Source: Mobula hypostoma (lineage: Eukaryota). From it: a stretch of 64,000 nt of DNA. The stretch covers positions 139,440,001 to 139,504,000 of the forward strand of contig NC_086097.1 in the NCBI RefSeq assembly GCF_963921235.1, read 5' to 3'. The position numbers were made by a program, and so were the translations under genes. The first letter of the stretch is position 1. The number at the start of each line of letters is the position of its first letter. Of this stretch, positions 47,990-61,068 are shown one piece after another. A model generated the notes under the pieces. The model was not told the origin of the DNA, made no database searches, and saw nothing but the letters and a program-made list of their open reading frames with translations.

Positions 47990-50900
47990 GATGAGAACAG
48001 ACATGAACAAGCACAGGCTGAGGTTCCAAGCAAATCTTTTTTTTGTTCTGTTAGTACATAGCTAGTGTGCTGACCCTGGGCCCAGAGGTAGTGGTATGTC
48101 ATTTGGGTGAGATGTGGGAACTCTGGAAGACCACCAGTCTGCCTGATAACTACATCTGTACAAAATGCCTGGCGCTGCAGCTCAAGGAACCGCAGCTGCA
48201 GCTCAAGGAACCGCAGCTGCAGCTCAATGACCTTCGGCTCATATGGGAAAATGAGGAGGGGACAGATAGGAGCTACAGGGAGGCAGCTACTCCTCAGTTG
48301 CAGGAGTCAAGTACCTGGGTGACTATTAAGAGAGGGAAATTAAACAGACAACAAGAGAAGAATACCCCTGTAGCCGTTCAGTGTACCGCTTTGGATACTG
48401 TTGGGGAAGGGTGTGGGGGGAACCTATCGGGTGGAGAAAGCCACAGTGACCGGGGGTCTCTGAAACTGGCACTGTAGTTCAGAAAGGAATATGGGAAAAG
48501 AGAAGTACTGTAGTGATAGGGGATGACATAATTAGTGGAGCAGAAAGCAGATAGTATGCTGCCTCCCAGGTGCTAGGGTCAGGGATGTCTCAGAAAGGGT
48601 CCACAACATTCTAAAGGAGGAGGGTGAACAGCTGGAAGTCGTGGTACATAATGGTGCCAACAACATAGGTAGAAAAAGGCAGGAGTTACTGAAGATAGAA
48701 TATAGAGCGTTAGGTATGAGACCTACAGAGCAGTGATCTCTTGATTGCTCCCTGTGCCACATGCCAGTGAAAGCAAGAATAGGATGATTTGGCAGATGAC
48801 TACTTGGCTGAAGAATTGGGGCAAGGGGCAGGGTTTCAGATTTCAGGATCATTGGGATCTCATCTAGGGAAGATGTGATCTGTAGAAAAAGGACAGATTA
48901 CACCTCAACCCAAGGGAAACCAATATCCTTGCAAGCAGGTTTGCTAGAGCTGTTGGAGAGGGTTTAAACTAATTTGGCAAGGGGGTGGGAACGAGGGTGA
49001 TAAGGCTGAGGATGGGACATTTGGTATACAACTAAATGCAGTGTGTAGTGAGACTGAGGAAGGAGAAGCAAATGATAGGGCAAAATTGCAGTCAGTGAGA
49101 TGAGCTGGTGTAACTTGGGGGCCCAAATCTAAAAGGATAATGAACACAGGTCTGAAGGTATTATATTTAAAAACATGCAGTATATGGAATAAGGTGAATA
49201 ATCCTGAGGCGCAGTTAGAGATTGGCAGGTATAATGTTGTTGGCATCTCTGAGTCATGGCTGAAAGAAGAACATAGTTGGGAGCTTAACATCCAAGGATG
49301 CACATTGTATCGAAAGGACAGGAAGAGAGGCAGAGGGGGTGGGGTGGCTCTTCTGGTAAAAATGAAATCAAATCTTTAGAAAGAGGTGACATGGGATCAG
49401 AAGATGTAGAATCCTTGTGGGTAGAGTTAAGAAACTGCAAGAGTAAAAAGACCCTGTTGGGAGTTATATGCAGGCCTCTGAACAGCAGCCAGGATGAAAG
49501 GGCAATGTTGCAATATCATGGGGGATTTCAATATTCAGGTAGATTTATGAGATTACTTTTTAGAGCAGCTCATGGTTGAGTCCACTAGGGGAACGGCAAT
49601 TCTGGGTTTTGTGTTATGCAATGCCCCAGGTTACATTAGGGAGTTTACGGCAAATTAACCCTTTGGAGGCAATGATCAAAAAATGACAGAATTCACCCTG
49701 CAGCTTGAAAGCAAGAAGCTAAAATCAGATATATCAGTATTAGAGCAGAAGAAAGGGAATTACAGAGGCATGAAGGAGGAGCTGACCAATGTCGATTAGA
49801 AGAGGACACCAGAAGGGATGATGACAGAACAACAATGGCTGGTGTTTCTGAGGGAAATTTGGAAGGCACAGGAAAAGTACATCCCAAAGAAGAAGTATTC
49901 TAAACAGAGGATGAGGCAACTGAGGCTAAGTGAAGTCAAAGACAATATAAAAGCTAAAGAGAGGGCCTAAATTATAGCAAAAATTTGTGGAAAGGTAGAG
50001 GATTGGGAAGCTTTTTAAAAAACAACAGAAGGCAACTAAAAAAGCCATACAGGGAGAAAAGATGAAACATGAAGGTAAGAGAGCCAATAGTATAAAAGAG
50101 AATACAAAAAGCTTTTTTCAGATATAGAGTAAAAGAGAAACAAGAATGGAGATAGTAATGTGGCACAAAGAAATGGTGGAGGAACTAAGTATCTTGCGTC
50201 AGTCTTCATTATGGAAGACAACTAGAAAAATACCAGAAATGTGAGAGAGTCAGGGACATAAGTGAGTGTTGTTATTACTAGGGAGAAGATGCTTGGGGAG
50301 ATGAAAGGTCTGAAGGTAGATAAATCATCTGGACCAGATGGACTACACCCCAGAGTTCTGAATGAGGTAGCTGAAGAGATTGTTGAGGCTTTAGTAATGA
50401 TCTTTCAAGAACCACTAGAATCTGGAATAGTTCCTGGGGACTGAAAGTTGCAAATGTCACTCCACTCTTTAAGAAGGGAGGAAGGTAGAAGAAAGGAAAT
50501 TATAGGCCAGTTAGCTTGACTTCAGTGGTTGAAAAGATGTTGAAGTCTATTATTAAGGATGAGGTTTCAGAGTACTTAGAAGCACATGATAAACTAGGCT
50601 AAAGTCAACATTGTTTTGTAAAGGGGAACCTTGCCTGACAAATCTGTTGGAATTCTTCGAGGAAATAATAAGTAAGATAGACAAACGAGAGTCAGCAGAT
50701 ATTGTTTATTTGGATTTTCTGAAGGCCTTTGACAAGGTGCCACACGAGGCGCTTACCAAGATAAGACCCCATAGTATTACAGGAAAGGTACCAGCATGGC
50801 TTGAGCATTAGCTGACTGGCAGGAGGCAAAAAAATGGGAATAAAGGGGGACTTTTCTGGGTTGGCTGTCGCGGAGACTAGTGGTGTTCTGCAGGTTCAAT

Positions 50901-51845
50901 GTTGGGACAGGTTCTTTTCACTTTTTATGTCAATGATTTGCATGAAGGAATTGATGGCCAAGTTTGTGGACAACACACAAAAAAGTGGAGAGATATATAA
51001 TATTGAAGAAGGGTGTCTGCGAAAGGACTTAGATTGGGGAATGGGCAAAGTGACAGATGGAATATGCTGTAGAGAAGTGCATGGTTACGCACCTTGGCAG
51101 AAGGAATAAACGTGTGGGCATGTGTTTTCTAAGCGGGAAAAAAATTCAAAAATCAGAGGAGCAAAGGGACTTGGGAGACCTCATGCAGAATTCCCTAAAT
51201 GTTAATTCGCAGATTGAGCTGGTGGTAAGGAAGACAAATGCAATGTTAGGATTTATTTTGAGAGGATTACAATACAAAAGCAAGAATGTAATGCTGAGGC
51301 TTTAAAAGGCATTGGTCAGACCACACACAATACTGTGAGCAGTTTTAATTTCCTGATTTAAGAATGGGCATGCTGGCATTGGAGAAGGTCCAGAGGAGAT
51401 ACACGAGAATGATCCTAGGAATGGAAAGGTTAACATATGAGGAGCATTTGATTGTTCTGGACTTGCACTTGCTAAAGTTTATAAGAATGGAGGGGAGGGA
51501 ATCTCATTGAAACCGATCTAATATTGAAAGGCCTAGAAAGAGTGGATGTGGAGAGGATTTTTCCTATAGTGAGGGAGTCTAGGACCAGAATGCACATCCT
51601 CAGGATTAAGGGATGTCCATTTAGAGCAGAGATGAGGAAAAATTTATTTCGCCAGAATGTGGTGAATCTGTAGAATTCATTTCCACAGACTGTGTAGGCC
51701 AATTCATTGGATATATTTAAAACAGAGGTTGATAGGTTCTTGATTATTTAGGTTGTCAAAGGTTATGGGGAAGAAGGCAGTAGAATGAGGTTGATAGGGA
51801 TAATAAATTAGCTGTGATGGAAAGGCACAGACTCAATAGGCCATG
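47990..51845 (+). mobile_element. near full-length degraded CR1 LINE (ORF1 Zn-finger/esterase and ORF2)
   Basis: ORF1 'C...MWE...PDNYICTKC' and CCLPGARV.DV; ORF2 APE/RT motifs with many stops; lies in the last SEPT7 intron, antisense to the gene. Confidence 0.9.
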
Positions 51846-53548
51846 CATCAGGACAGAGAGTCTAGAGTGGACATACTGTAGTCAGTCAAAAGAGGTGAGG
51901 GGACGGATGAGGTAGGAGCTGGCAACTGATAGTTGGTTCTAGGTGGGGCGGGGGTTGACAGGCAGATGGAATCAGATGAGGAGGAAGGTGACTGAGGCTG
52001 GAGACTACAAAGGGCTGCACATGATATCTGATAAGGAAGGAAGGTCAGTCAAGCTAAGAGAGGGATGGGGAGTGCAGTGGACGACAGAGAAATGGAACCA
52101 AGTGGGAAAGAAACTGGGAAATGTGTCTGGGCTGACTGGAAAGAAGGGAATGTGAGAGATAATCTGAGGCAATCAGAAGGAGTGAGAAAAGAATACCTGA
52201 TTACCTGAAATTGGAGAATTCAATCTTCATTGTCATTGGGTTACAGGTATCTAGGTGGATTGAAAGTGCTGTTCCTCTAGTTTACACTTGTGGAGAATGA
52301 TATGGGAATTAAAATTGTTAACAACCAGGAGCTGAAGGTGACCAAGAAGTCATCCAGTGTAAGCCTGCTCTCAGCAATGTAAAGCTGGTCACATTGAGAG
52401 CACCAAATTAAGTAGACTAGACTGGAGGAGGGGTACGTAAATCTTTGTTTCAACTGTAATGGTTACGAGGCAAGGGGGATGATGTAGGGACTGAGTTTAC
52501 ACCTCATAAAGCAGGGTAAAATTTGTTGCTGCTCCAAGGTGACATGGTTTCAATGAGAGATTATACAGCAATCTCATCTTTTCACTCAGATAGATGTAGA
52601 GGATCCCCAAGACATGCCTGGCTAGTAATTTCCTGCAGCCAACACTTCTTCCCCATTATTTTCAGACTGTTGTGCGTGGGGAATTTACTATGCACAAATT
52701 TGGTAGTAGTCTACGCTCCACAAATAATTCTCCAGACTTAATGGGCTGAAAACCACAATCAGCTCAAGGCCTCTTCTTCCTTTCAGTCATGGCCATTGGA
52801 GATGTGTGCAACAAACTTGATGGAAGACTATTAGCACAAAGGGCAAAAATACAAAGGATACAAAAGTACTTCTGGCAAATCCTTTTTTCCTGTTATGTCA
52901 ATAACCCCAATGTAGATATGACAATAAACCCAACATGACATGTTAATAGGAGCATCAAGATTATAATCACAAAATGGTCAGACATGCTATTCTTTGACGG
53001 TTCTGATGACCACCTGAACAATCAAACCGAGTGGATTTACTGAGCCTGGACCGGGGACGATGATGATCAAGGTCAGTGTCATATTAAAGAAAATGGTCCA
53101 GGCATTTGTTAATGGAAATCTAGATCAGAGAATCTGACTGAGTTTGTCCAACAAGTATGGCTTCTCTAATTTTGACTGAGGCACTGGCATTTTGTGGTTG
53201 GGACACAAAACACAACAGCTGGGGTGCTATCTAGTCTCTGTACCTATCTAGAAAAATGATATTCCAGGAAAGGCTCATAGCATTCATAGCAGTAGAGGGA
53301 GCAAACTAGTTACTGAAGAGGTTTCAGTTACCGAGGCCATGTCCTTTGCAACTAAATCCAGGATATGATTATTCTTCTTAAATTACTGAATCATCCAACA
53401 GACAAGAGTACCTATGTGGGAGCTATACGTTCAGATTCCTAGAGACCCAGTTGTTTAGTGGGAGACAAAGAAAAGCTCTGACTAGCCCTCCTGAAATGGT
53501 TGAAGCAAGTAGTGACATGCTCCAGCATAAGTAGAGCTATTTTCTTCA

Positions 53549-56500
53549 TTGGCTGAAGTCGTGATGCATGTTGGCACCAACGACATAGGCAGGAAGAGGG
53601 ATGAGGTCCTGCAGTGTGAGTTTCGGGAACAAGGCAGAAGGCTGAAGAACAGGACCTCAAGGGTGGAGTTCTCAGGATTGCTTCCAGCACTACATGATAG
53701 TGATGGTAAGAATTGGGGGAGATGGCAGTTTAATGCGTGGCTGAGGAGTTGGTGCAGGGAGCAGGGTTTTAGATTTTTGGATCATTGGGATCTCTTCTGG
53801 GGAAGGTGGGACCTGTACAGATTGGATGGGTTGCACCTGAACTCGAGGGGGAGCAATACCCTTGCAGGTAGGTTTGCTAGCATGGTTCAGGATGGGATCT
53901 GGAGCGATAGAGCAGTGAAAGAAGTGCATGGCATAAAGCCAGATCTAACATATAGAGAGGCTTTGAGGAAAGAGAAGCAGAATAAACAGTGTAAAGGTAG
54001 GAAGGTAGAAGGGCTAAAGTGCATGTACTTCAATGCAAGAAGCATCAGGAACAAAGGTGATGAACTGAGAGCTTGGATACATACGTGGAATTATGATGCA
54101 TTGGCCATTACAGAGATTTGGCTGGCACCAGGGCAGGAATGGATTCTCAATATTCCTGGATTTCAGTGCTTTAAAAGGGATAGAGAGGGGGGAAAAGGGG
54201 AGGAGGGGTGGCATTACTGGTCAGGGATACTACTACAGCTGCAGAAAGGGTGGGTAATGTAGCAGGATCCTCTTTTGAGTCAGTATGGGTGGAAGTCAGA
54301 AACAGGAAGGGAGCAGTTACTCTATTGGGAGTATTCTATAGGCCCCCTGGTAGCAGCAGAGTTACCAAGGAGCAGATTGGGAGGCAGATTTTGGAAAGGT
54401 GCAAAAATAACAGGGTTGTTATCATGAGTGACTTTAACCTCCCTAATATTGATTGGCACCTGATTAGTTCCAAGGGTTTGGACGGGGCAGAGTTTATTAA
54501 GTGTGTCCAGGATGGATTCCTGTCACAGTATGTGGACAGGCCGACGAGGGGGAATGCCATACTAGATCTAGTACTAGATAATGAACCGGGTCAGGTCACA
54601 GATCTCTCAGTGGGTGAGCAACTGGGGGCAGTGACCACCGCACCCTGGCCTTTAGCATTATCATGGAAAAGGATAGAATCAGAGAGGACAGGAAATTTTT
54701 AATTGGGGAAGGGCAAATTATGAGGCTATAAGGCTAGAACTTGCAGGTGTGAATTGGGATGATGTTTTTGCAGGGAAATGTACTATGGATATGTGGTCGA
54801 TGTTTAGAGATCTCTTGCAGGATGCCAGGGATAAATTTGTCCGGGTGAGGAAGATAAAGAATGGTAGGGTGAAGGAACCATGGGTGACAAGTGAGGTGGA
54901 AAATCTAGTCAGGTGGATGAAGGCAGCATACATGAGGTTTAGGAAACAAGGATCAGATGGGTCTATTGAGGAATATAGGGAAGCAAGAAAGAGCTTAAGA
55001 AGGGGCTGAGAAGAGCAAGAAGGGGGCATGAGAAGGCCTTGGTGAGTAGGGCAAAGGAAAACCCTAAGGCATTCTTCAATTACGTGAAGAACAGAAGGAT
55101 GACAGGAGCGATGGTAGGACCGATTAGAGATAAAGGTGGGAAGACGTGCCTGGGGGCTGTGGAAGTGAGCGAGGTCCTCAATGAATACTTCTCTTCGGTA
55201 TTCACCAATGAGAGGGAACTTGATAACAGTGAGGACAATATGAGTCAGGTTGATGTTCTGTAGCATGTTGATATTAAGGGAGAGGAGGTGTTGGAGTTAG
55301 GGATAGTCCAGGAATTATAGACCAGTGAGCCTTACGTCTGTGGTGGGAAAGCTGTTGGAAAAGATTCTTAGAGATAGGATCTATGGGCATTTAGAGAATC
55401 ATAGTCTGATCAGGGACAGTCAGCATGGCTTTGTGAAGGGCAGATCGTGTCTAACAAGCCTGATAGAGTTCTTTGAGGAGGTGACCAGGCATATAGATGA
55501 GAGTAGTGCAGTGGATGTGATCTATATGGATTTTAGTAAGGCATTTGACAAGGTTCCACATGGTAGGCTTATTCAGAAAGTCAGAAGGCATGGGATCCAG
55601 GGATGTTTGGCCAGGTGGATTCAGAATTGGCTTGCCTGCAGAAGGCAAAAGGTTGTGGTGGAGGGAGTACATTCGGATTGGAGGGTTGTGACTAGTGGTG
55701 TCCCACAAGGATCGGTTCTGGGACCTCTACTTTTCGTCATTTTTATTAGCGACCTGGATGAGGGGGTAGAAGAGTGGGTTGGCAAGTTTGCAGACGACAC
55801 AAAGGTTGGTGGTGTTGTGGATAGTGTAGAGGATTGTCAAAGATTGCAGAGGGACATTGATAGGATGCAGAAGTGGCAGATGGAGTTCAACCCAGAAGTG
55901 TGAGGTGGTACACTTCGGAAGGACAAACTCCAAGGCAGAGTACAAAGTAAATAGCAGGATACTTGGCAGTGTGGAGGAGCAGAGGGATCTGGGGGTACAT
56001 GCCCACAGATCCCTGAAAGTTGCCTCACAGGTAGATAAGGTAGTTAAGAAAGCTTATGGGGTGTTAGCTTTCATAAGTCCAGGGATAGGGTTTAAGAGTT
56101 GCGAGGTAATGATGCAGCTCTATAAAACTCTGGTTAGGCCACACTTGGGAGTACTGTGTCCAGTTCTGGTCGCCTCACTATAGGAAGGACATGGAAGCAC
56201 TGGAAAGGGTACAGAGGAGTTTTACCAGGATGCTGCCTGGTTTAGAGAGTATGCATTATGATTAGAGATTAAGGGAGCTAGGGATTTACTCTTTGGAGAG
56301 AAGGAGGATGAGAGGTGATATGATAGAGGTATACAAGATATTAAGATGAATAGATAGAGTGGACAGCCAGCCCCTCTTTCCCAAGGCACCACTGCTCAAT
56401 ACAAGAGGACATGGCTTTAAGGTAAGGTGTGGGAAGTTCAAGGGGGGTATTGGAGGAAGGTTTTTCACTCAGAGAGTGGTTGGTGCGTGGAATGCACTGC

Positions 56501-56664
56501 CTGAGTCGGTGGTGGAGGCAGATACACTAGTGAAATTTAAGAGACCACGAGACAGGTATATGGAGGATTTTAAGGTGGGGGCTTATATGGGAGGGTTTGA
56601 GGGTCAGCACAACAATGTGGGCCTAAGGGCCTGTACTGTGCTGTACTATTCTATGTTCTATGTT
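53549..56664 (+). mobile_element. CR1 LINE (ORF1 SGNH-esterase part and ORF2)
   Basis: HVGTNDIG...[30 protein letters not shown]; (ttctatg)n tail ending about 110 bp from a SEPT7 exon. Confidence 0.95.
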
Positions 56665-56773
56665 GAATTTAGTGCCCTGAAATGCCGCGCTGCAAACGCT
56701 GGTGGACTGAGCACAGAGGGAGGAGTTGGTGCCCAAGGAGCTAACTCAGGTGGGCCTTGGAATGGGAGCGTAC

Positions 56774-56919
56774 CTTGTGGAATCCAGCTTTTGCTGCTCC
56801 AAGATGCGCTGCTGAGCCTCCCAGTTCTGCTTCTCATCTTCAAATTGGCGGCGCTTCTCCTCAAGCTCTTTGTGTTGTGCTTCTAAATTTTTCTTCATTT
56901 GTTCATGGCGTCGCTGGAG
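56774..56919 (-). CDS. SEPT7: septin-7 exon ([48 protein letters not shown])
   Basis: tcgtag|...|gtacgc on minus, 146 nt. Confidence 0.96.
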
Positions 56920-58366
56920 CTACGAGGCAAGGCACACAAATTAGCGCTCCCTCGCCCCACCTGATAGTCAGTGGCAGTTCATTGTTTACTGGAAACCAAG
57001 CCTTCATCTCCCAGACCGAAGCAAGGCACAAGGCTCTTTGAAGTCTCAGGCACAGCTGATGGGGAAGATGAGGACACCCTACAACCCTTTCCCACCTGCA
57101 ACAATTACAATGTTATGTTAAACACACTAACAAGTTGTTACCAGCTCTATAAACTGCAACCTGGTATGAAGGCTGCAATGCATGCTATCGCAAGGAACTG
57201 CAAAGGGTTACAAATTCAGCCAGCTCCCTCATGGGAGCAACCTTCCCAATGAACATCAAGGGGCCATGCCTGAAGAAGGTGGCATCCATCACTGAGAGCC
57301 CTCATCATCTGGGACATGCCCTCTTGTAGTACCATCAGGGAGGAGGTACAGATCCTGAAGACTCAACACTCAACGATCCTGAAACAGCTTCTTCCCCTCC
57401 GCCATCAGACTCCTGAATGTTCCATGAACACTACCTCATTATTGTTGCACTATTTATGTATGTGGTCCAGAGCAATTTTATAGCTTTGTACTAACTGTTG
57501 CTACAAAGCAACAAACTTTTCATCATACCAATAAGAGGTAATAAATGTGATTCTGACACACAAGTCGCTGGTTGGCTACACTAATAACTGTAACTGATAC
57601 TGATAAATGCAACTACTTATTCATAATAAAGGTCACAGAACAAGTAAACCTAACAAAAGCTGTAGCTTTGCTAATCCATTATCTTTTAAACTGTTGCCAT
57701 CAATCCAACATGTGACTTGAATAAAAAACTTGCCTAAAAGATCACTTCTCTGGTTATTGACATGCTTAAGAAATTCATTTCAGATACTAAGATGTTCTCA
57801 ACTCAAACAGCAGTATGTACAGAGATTATTTTTTATACTCTGAGGACAATAACTAGAAGGCCCTGCAAGCTTGCCACATATTTATATCATAGCTTCTGAC
57901 ATTTTACTGAAATCACATAGCCTTCCAAACTCAAACTAAAATGTCACCTAAAAACCTGGAATTTAGACCAAGATTGGTAAAAGTCCCATTCACTACTTCA
58001 CCAAGTTTAAGATTCACAGCAACATTCTGTTTGCTGCATTAACTGCCCTCCAAAGAGGCTAAGCAAATATTCCATTATATCCAGCAACTACAGATGACTG
58101 TACTGACTGTAGTGTTTCAAGGAAGCAAAGGGCACTTTTCTAGGGCGGTAGCAGTGATCAATAAACACTGGTCTAACAGCAGCCACAAAGAATTACGTTT
58201 TAAATATATGCCAACAAGCTCACAGTTTTAGTACATATTCCATCGGGCAAAATAATTCAATGGTAAAGAAACCTTACATGTTCATTCCTTGGCAAATCAA
58301 TACAAAAACATCATCATTCTGAAATCCAGACACATTGCTAATCACAGTATTCTTAAGTGCTGTTAC

Positions 58367-58502
58367 CTCTGCCTCAGAATCTTTCAGCTTCTGTATCTTC
58401 TCTTTGACTTTCATTTCAAAGACTTGTTCCATTTCCATTTCCATCTTCTTCATCTTTGCCACGTGTTCTCTCCGCTCTTCCTCCATCTGGGCTAGAGGGC
58501 TT
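58367..58502 (-). CDS. SEPT7: septin-7 exon ([45 protein letters not shown])
   Basis: ttacag|...|gtaaca on minus, 136 nt; C-terminal coiled coil. Confidence 0.97.
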
Positions 58503-59064
58503 CTGTAACCAGTAACCAGAATCTGTTAGCTTCACAATGTAAACACAATCTGAAAGCCAAATGAGTTTCAGGAGATGCGATTTCATAGTTTCAGAAGAAA
58601 CCAAAATCAGAAAAACGTTTGGTGCCTCAGGCCACCCCTTCAATGGAGACAACTGTCCTCAGAATTCACACCAAACTCACAGGGATTGCAAACCTCTGGA
58701 GAAAACACACTTCTCCCTTCTACGTCAGAATGAAAAGTGGGAAAACCTTGTCCATAGTGAACAAATAAATAGGCACACAAGTTTCTAGGGCTTATTTAAT
58801 ACATGAAGTAGCTTTTCTTCATAGGACTGACACAACTTCTAGTTATTACAAACTTTTAACAAGCACTTAGAGACAGAGGAAGGGAGGTGGAATCAACCTG
58901 GTACAGGCTTGTAGTTAAACTGTCCCCAAAATGCAGAAAGGGAAAAAAAGAGCAGTTAATAGGTGGAAGATCAGACCAGTTCTTAATTTCAATCAGCATT
59001 CCCATTGAAATTTATTAGAGTACAACACAAAATATTACACTAATTGCATAACTGGTATGAAGAC

Positions 59065-60065
59065 ACATGAGACTGCAGAAATTGGAGTCAAGAACACAGA
59101 AATGCTGGAAGACTCGGCGGGTCGAGCAGCATCTGCGAAGGCTGAAAGGTGCAAGTCGACATTTCAGATTGAGATTCTACATCAGGGTTGATCTCACAAT
59201 CAAGACTACCAGGATACATCAGTGGAACAGGCGGCCAGGAATTTGGTGGGGGGGGTGGTTGTTATGGTATAGAGGTTGATACACAAAACGTGCACACAGA
59301 TGGAGGAGATTTTGTGCAGATGGAACCAGGTGGGGGGGTAGGCAGGTGGGAAAAGTGAACAAAAGATGAAAAAGATAACCCAACTCCTGTGCTCTCCACT
59401 CACCAGTCCACCTGGTTCTCTTATTCATCCCTCCCAGACCCTCCCCATCTCGTTCAACCTAACACACAGCCCCCTTTACACTCCTACTGTATATCCCAGT
59501 GATCTTTCCTGTTCCCCCTCAGTCTGATGCAGGCTCTCAACCTAAAAGGCTGACTTAACATCTTCTGCCTCCACAGATGCTACTTGATGCACTAAGTCCT
59601 AGCATTTTTTTTTGCACATAACTGCTATCTATTTTGATTCGGTAAGAATGGGAGGAGGAAGGAAATGTTTTGCATAACAATGAGCTCTCAATTTGGCTAG
59701 ACACAAAACACCATATTCCGTCTGGGTAGCCTCCAACCTAATAGCATGAACATTGATTTTTCTAACTTCCAGTAACTTCCTCATCCTTACTCCTTCTTTT
59801 TCCATTGCCCATTCTGGTTACCCTCTCATCCCATCACCTCCCTCTGGTTCCCTTCCTCCTTCCCAGCTTCTTATTTCATTCCCCCCCACTCACCCTAACC
59901 CTATCACCTGCTAACGTACTCCACCCCACCCCCTCCACATTCTTATTCTGGCTTCTGCCCCCTTCTTTTCCATTTCAGATGAAGGGTCTCCACCTGAAAC
60001 ATCTCCACTGTTTATTTCCCTCCTTGACTTGCTGAATTCCTCCAGCATTTTGTGTGTTGCTCAAG
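59065..60065. mobile_element. degraded Penelope-like terminal repeats in both orientations
   Basis: atgctggaagactc...gcagcatctg motifs and decayed 'c.gatgaagggtct....gaaac' cores near 59520 and 59975. Confidence 0.55.
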
Positions 60066-61047
60066 AAAACCTCTTAATCTGTTTATGAAGATCGAGGTCA
60101 AAGTAACTTCACCTTAAAACTCAGTCATGAGGTTTTCCCCTCAGAGTTTTCAAAGTTAACAACCAGAAAACCAAAATCATATCACCCCCAGCAGCCCATC
60201 CATCAGACCTGATGAAGACAGAGGAAAAAGGGAATGCAACACCAGTCAGCGGTATCCTCAATACAAAGTCCCAAACACATCCTGATGGAAGGACATGGGT
60301 ACAAAAGTAGAACAGAGGTGACAGGAATAAACAAATTAAGTTGTTTTGGTTAGTATTACTGTTGACCAATACTGGGGTTACACTATCTTGTGTCCTTTGA
60401 CTAAAGTCATGAGGTTTTCTCTCTCCTAGATGACCATTGGAAGAATACAATCACAGCTTGGTCATTTCCATTCCACGTGCAGAAACTGCAGAATCATTTG
60501 CATCTCACTGGATCCATTCCACAAAAGGGAAATAAAAGTAAAATTTTCAGAGTAGGGTGGTACAGCAAAAGCAAGACTGTTGGTTTGGCCACCATTCCCA
60601 AAAAGGACTTGTCGAACTGTAAGAAGCAACAGGAAAGCAAAAAAGCAGTTCAAGAGCTCAGTAACACACGGGTGTTCAGTGGAACTTCCTCATCCTTCCT
60701 ACCATGGGTTTGTCTGGAAGTACAGTTCACCAGCAGAGAGATTGCACAACTGATTGCTCCAAAAATGTTTAATCTCCTCTTGGTAATTCAATATTTCAGC
60801 CTTAAATTAAATATTGCATTTTTGTATTTTCATAATATTTGAATAATTCAGTAACTTCCCCTGCTAATTAGATAAGATTTGACAGAGGAAATTTTTGGAA
60901 CAAGCAGTTTCCACCTTATTAGGAGATAACACCAAGTCCCACCCAATGCTTGAAAATTTATATGTTCTTGTCCAATGGTACTGAAATTCAAATTGTTGCT
61001 GACAAATGTTAAAAATGTTGTTTCAAGTAATTTAAACAACCACTTAC

Positions 61048-61068
61048 ATGCCTTCAACTGTGTCAAAT
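61048..61068 (-). CDS. SEPT7: septin-7 21-nt in-frame microexon (FDTVEGI)
   Basis: Minus strand tctgtttttctttttag|ATTTGACACAGTTGAAGGCAT|gtaagt; phase 2 to 2, no stop. Confidence 0.8.

Noticed and set aside
60123..60425. Direct repeat of about 18 bp (agtcatgaggttttc) about 280 bp apart
   Set aside because: Could be a TSD, but no element hallmarks are recognisable between the copies.
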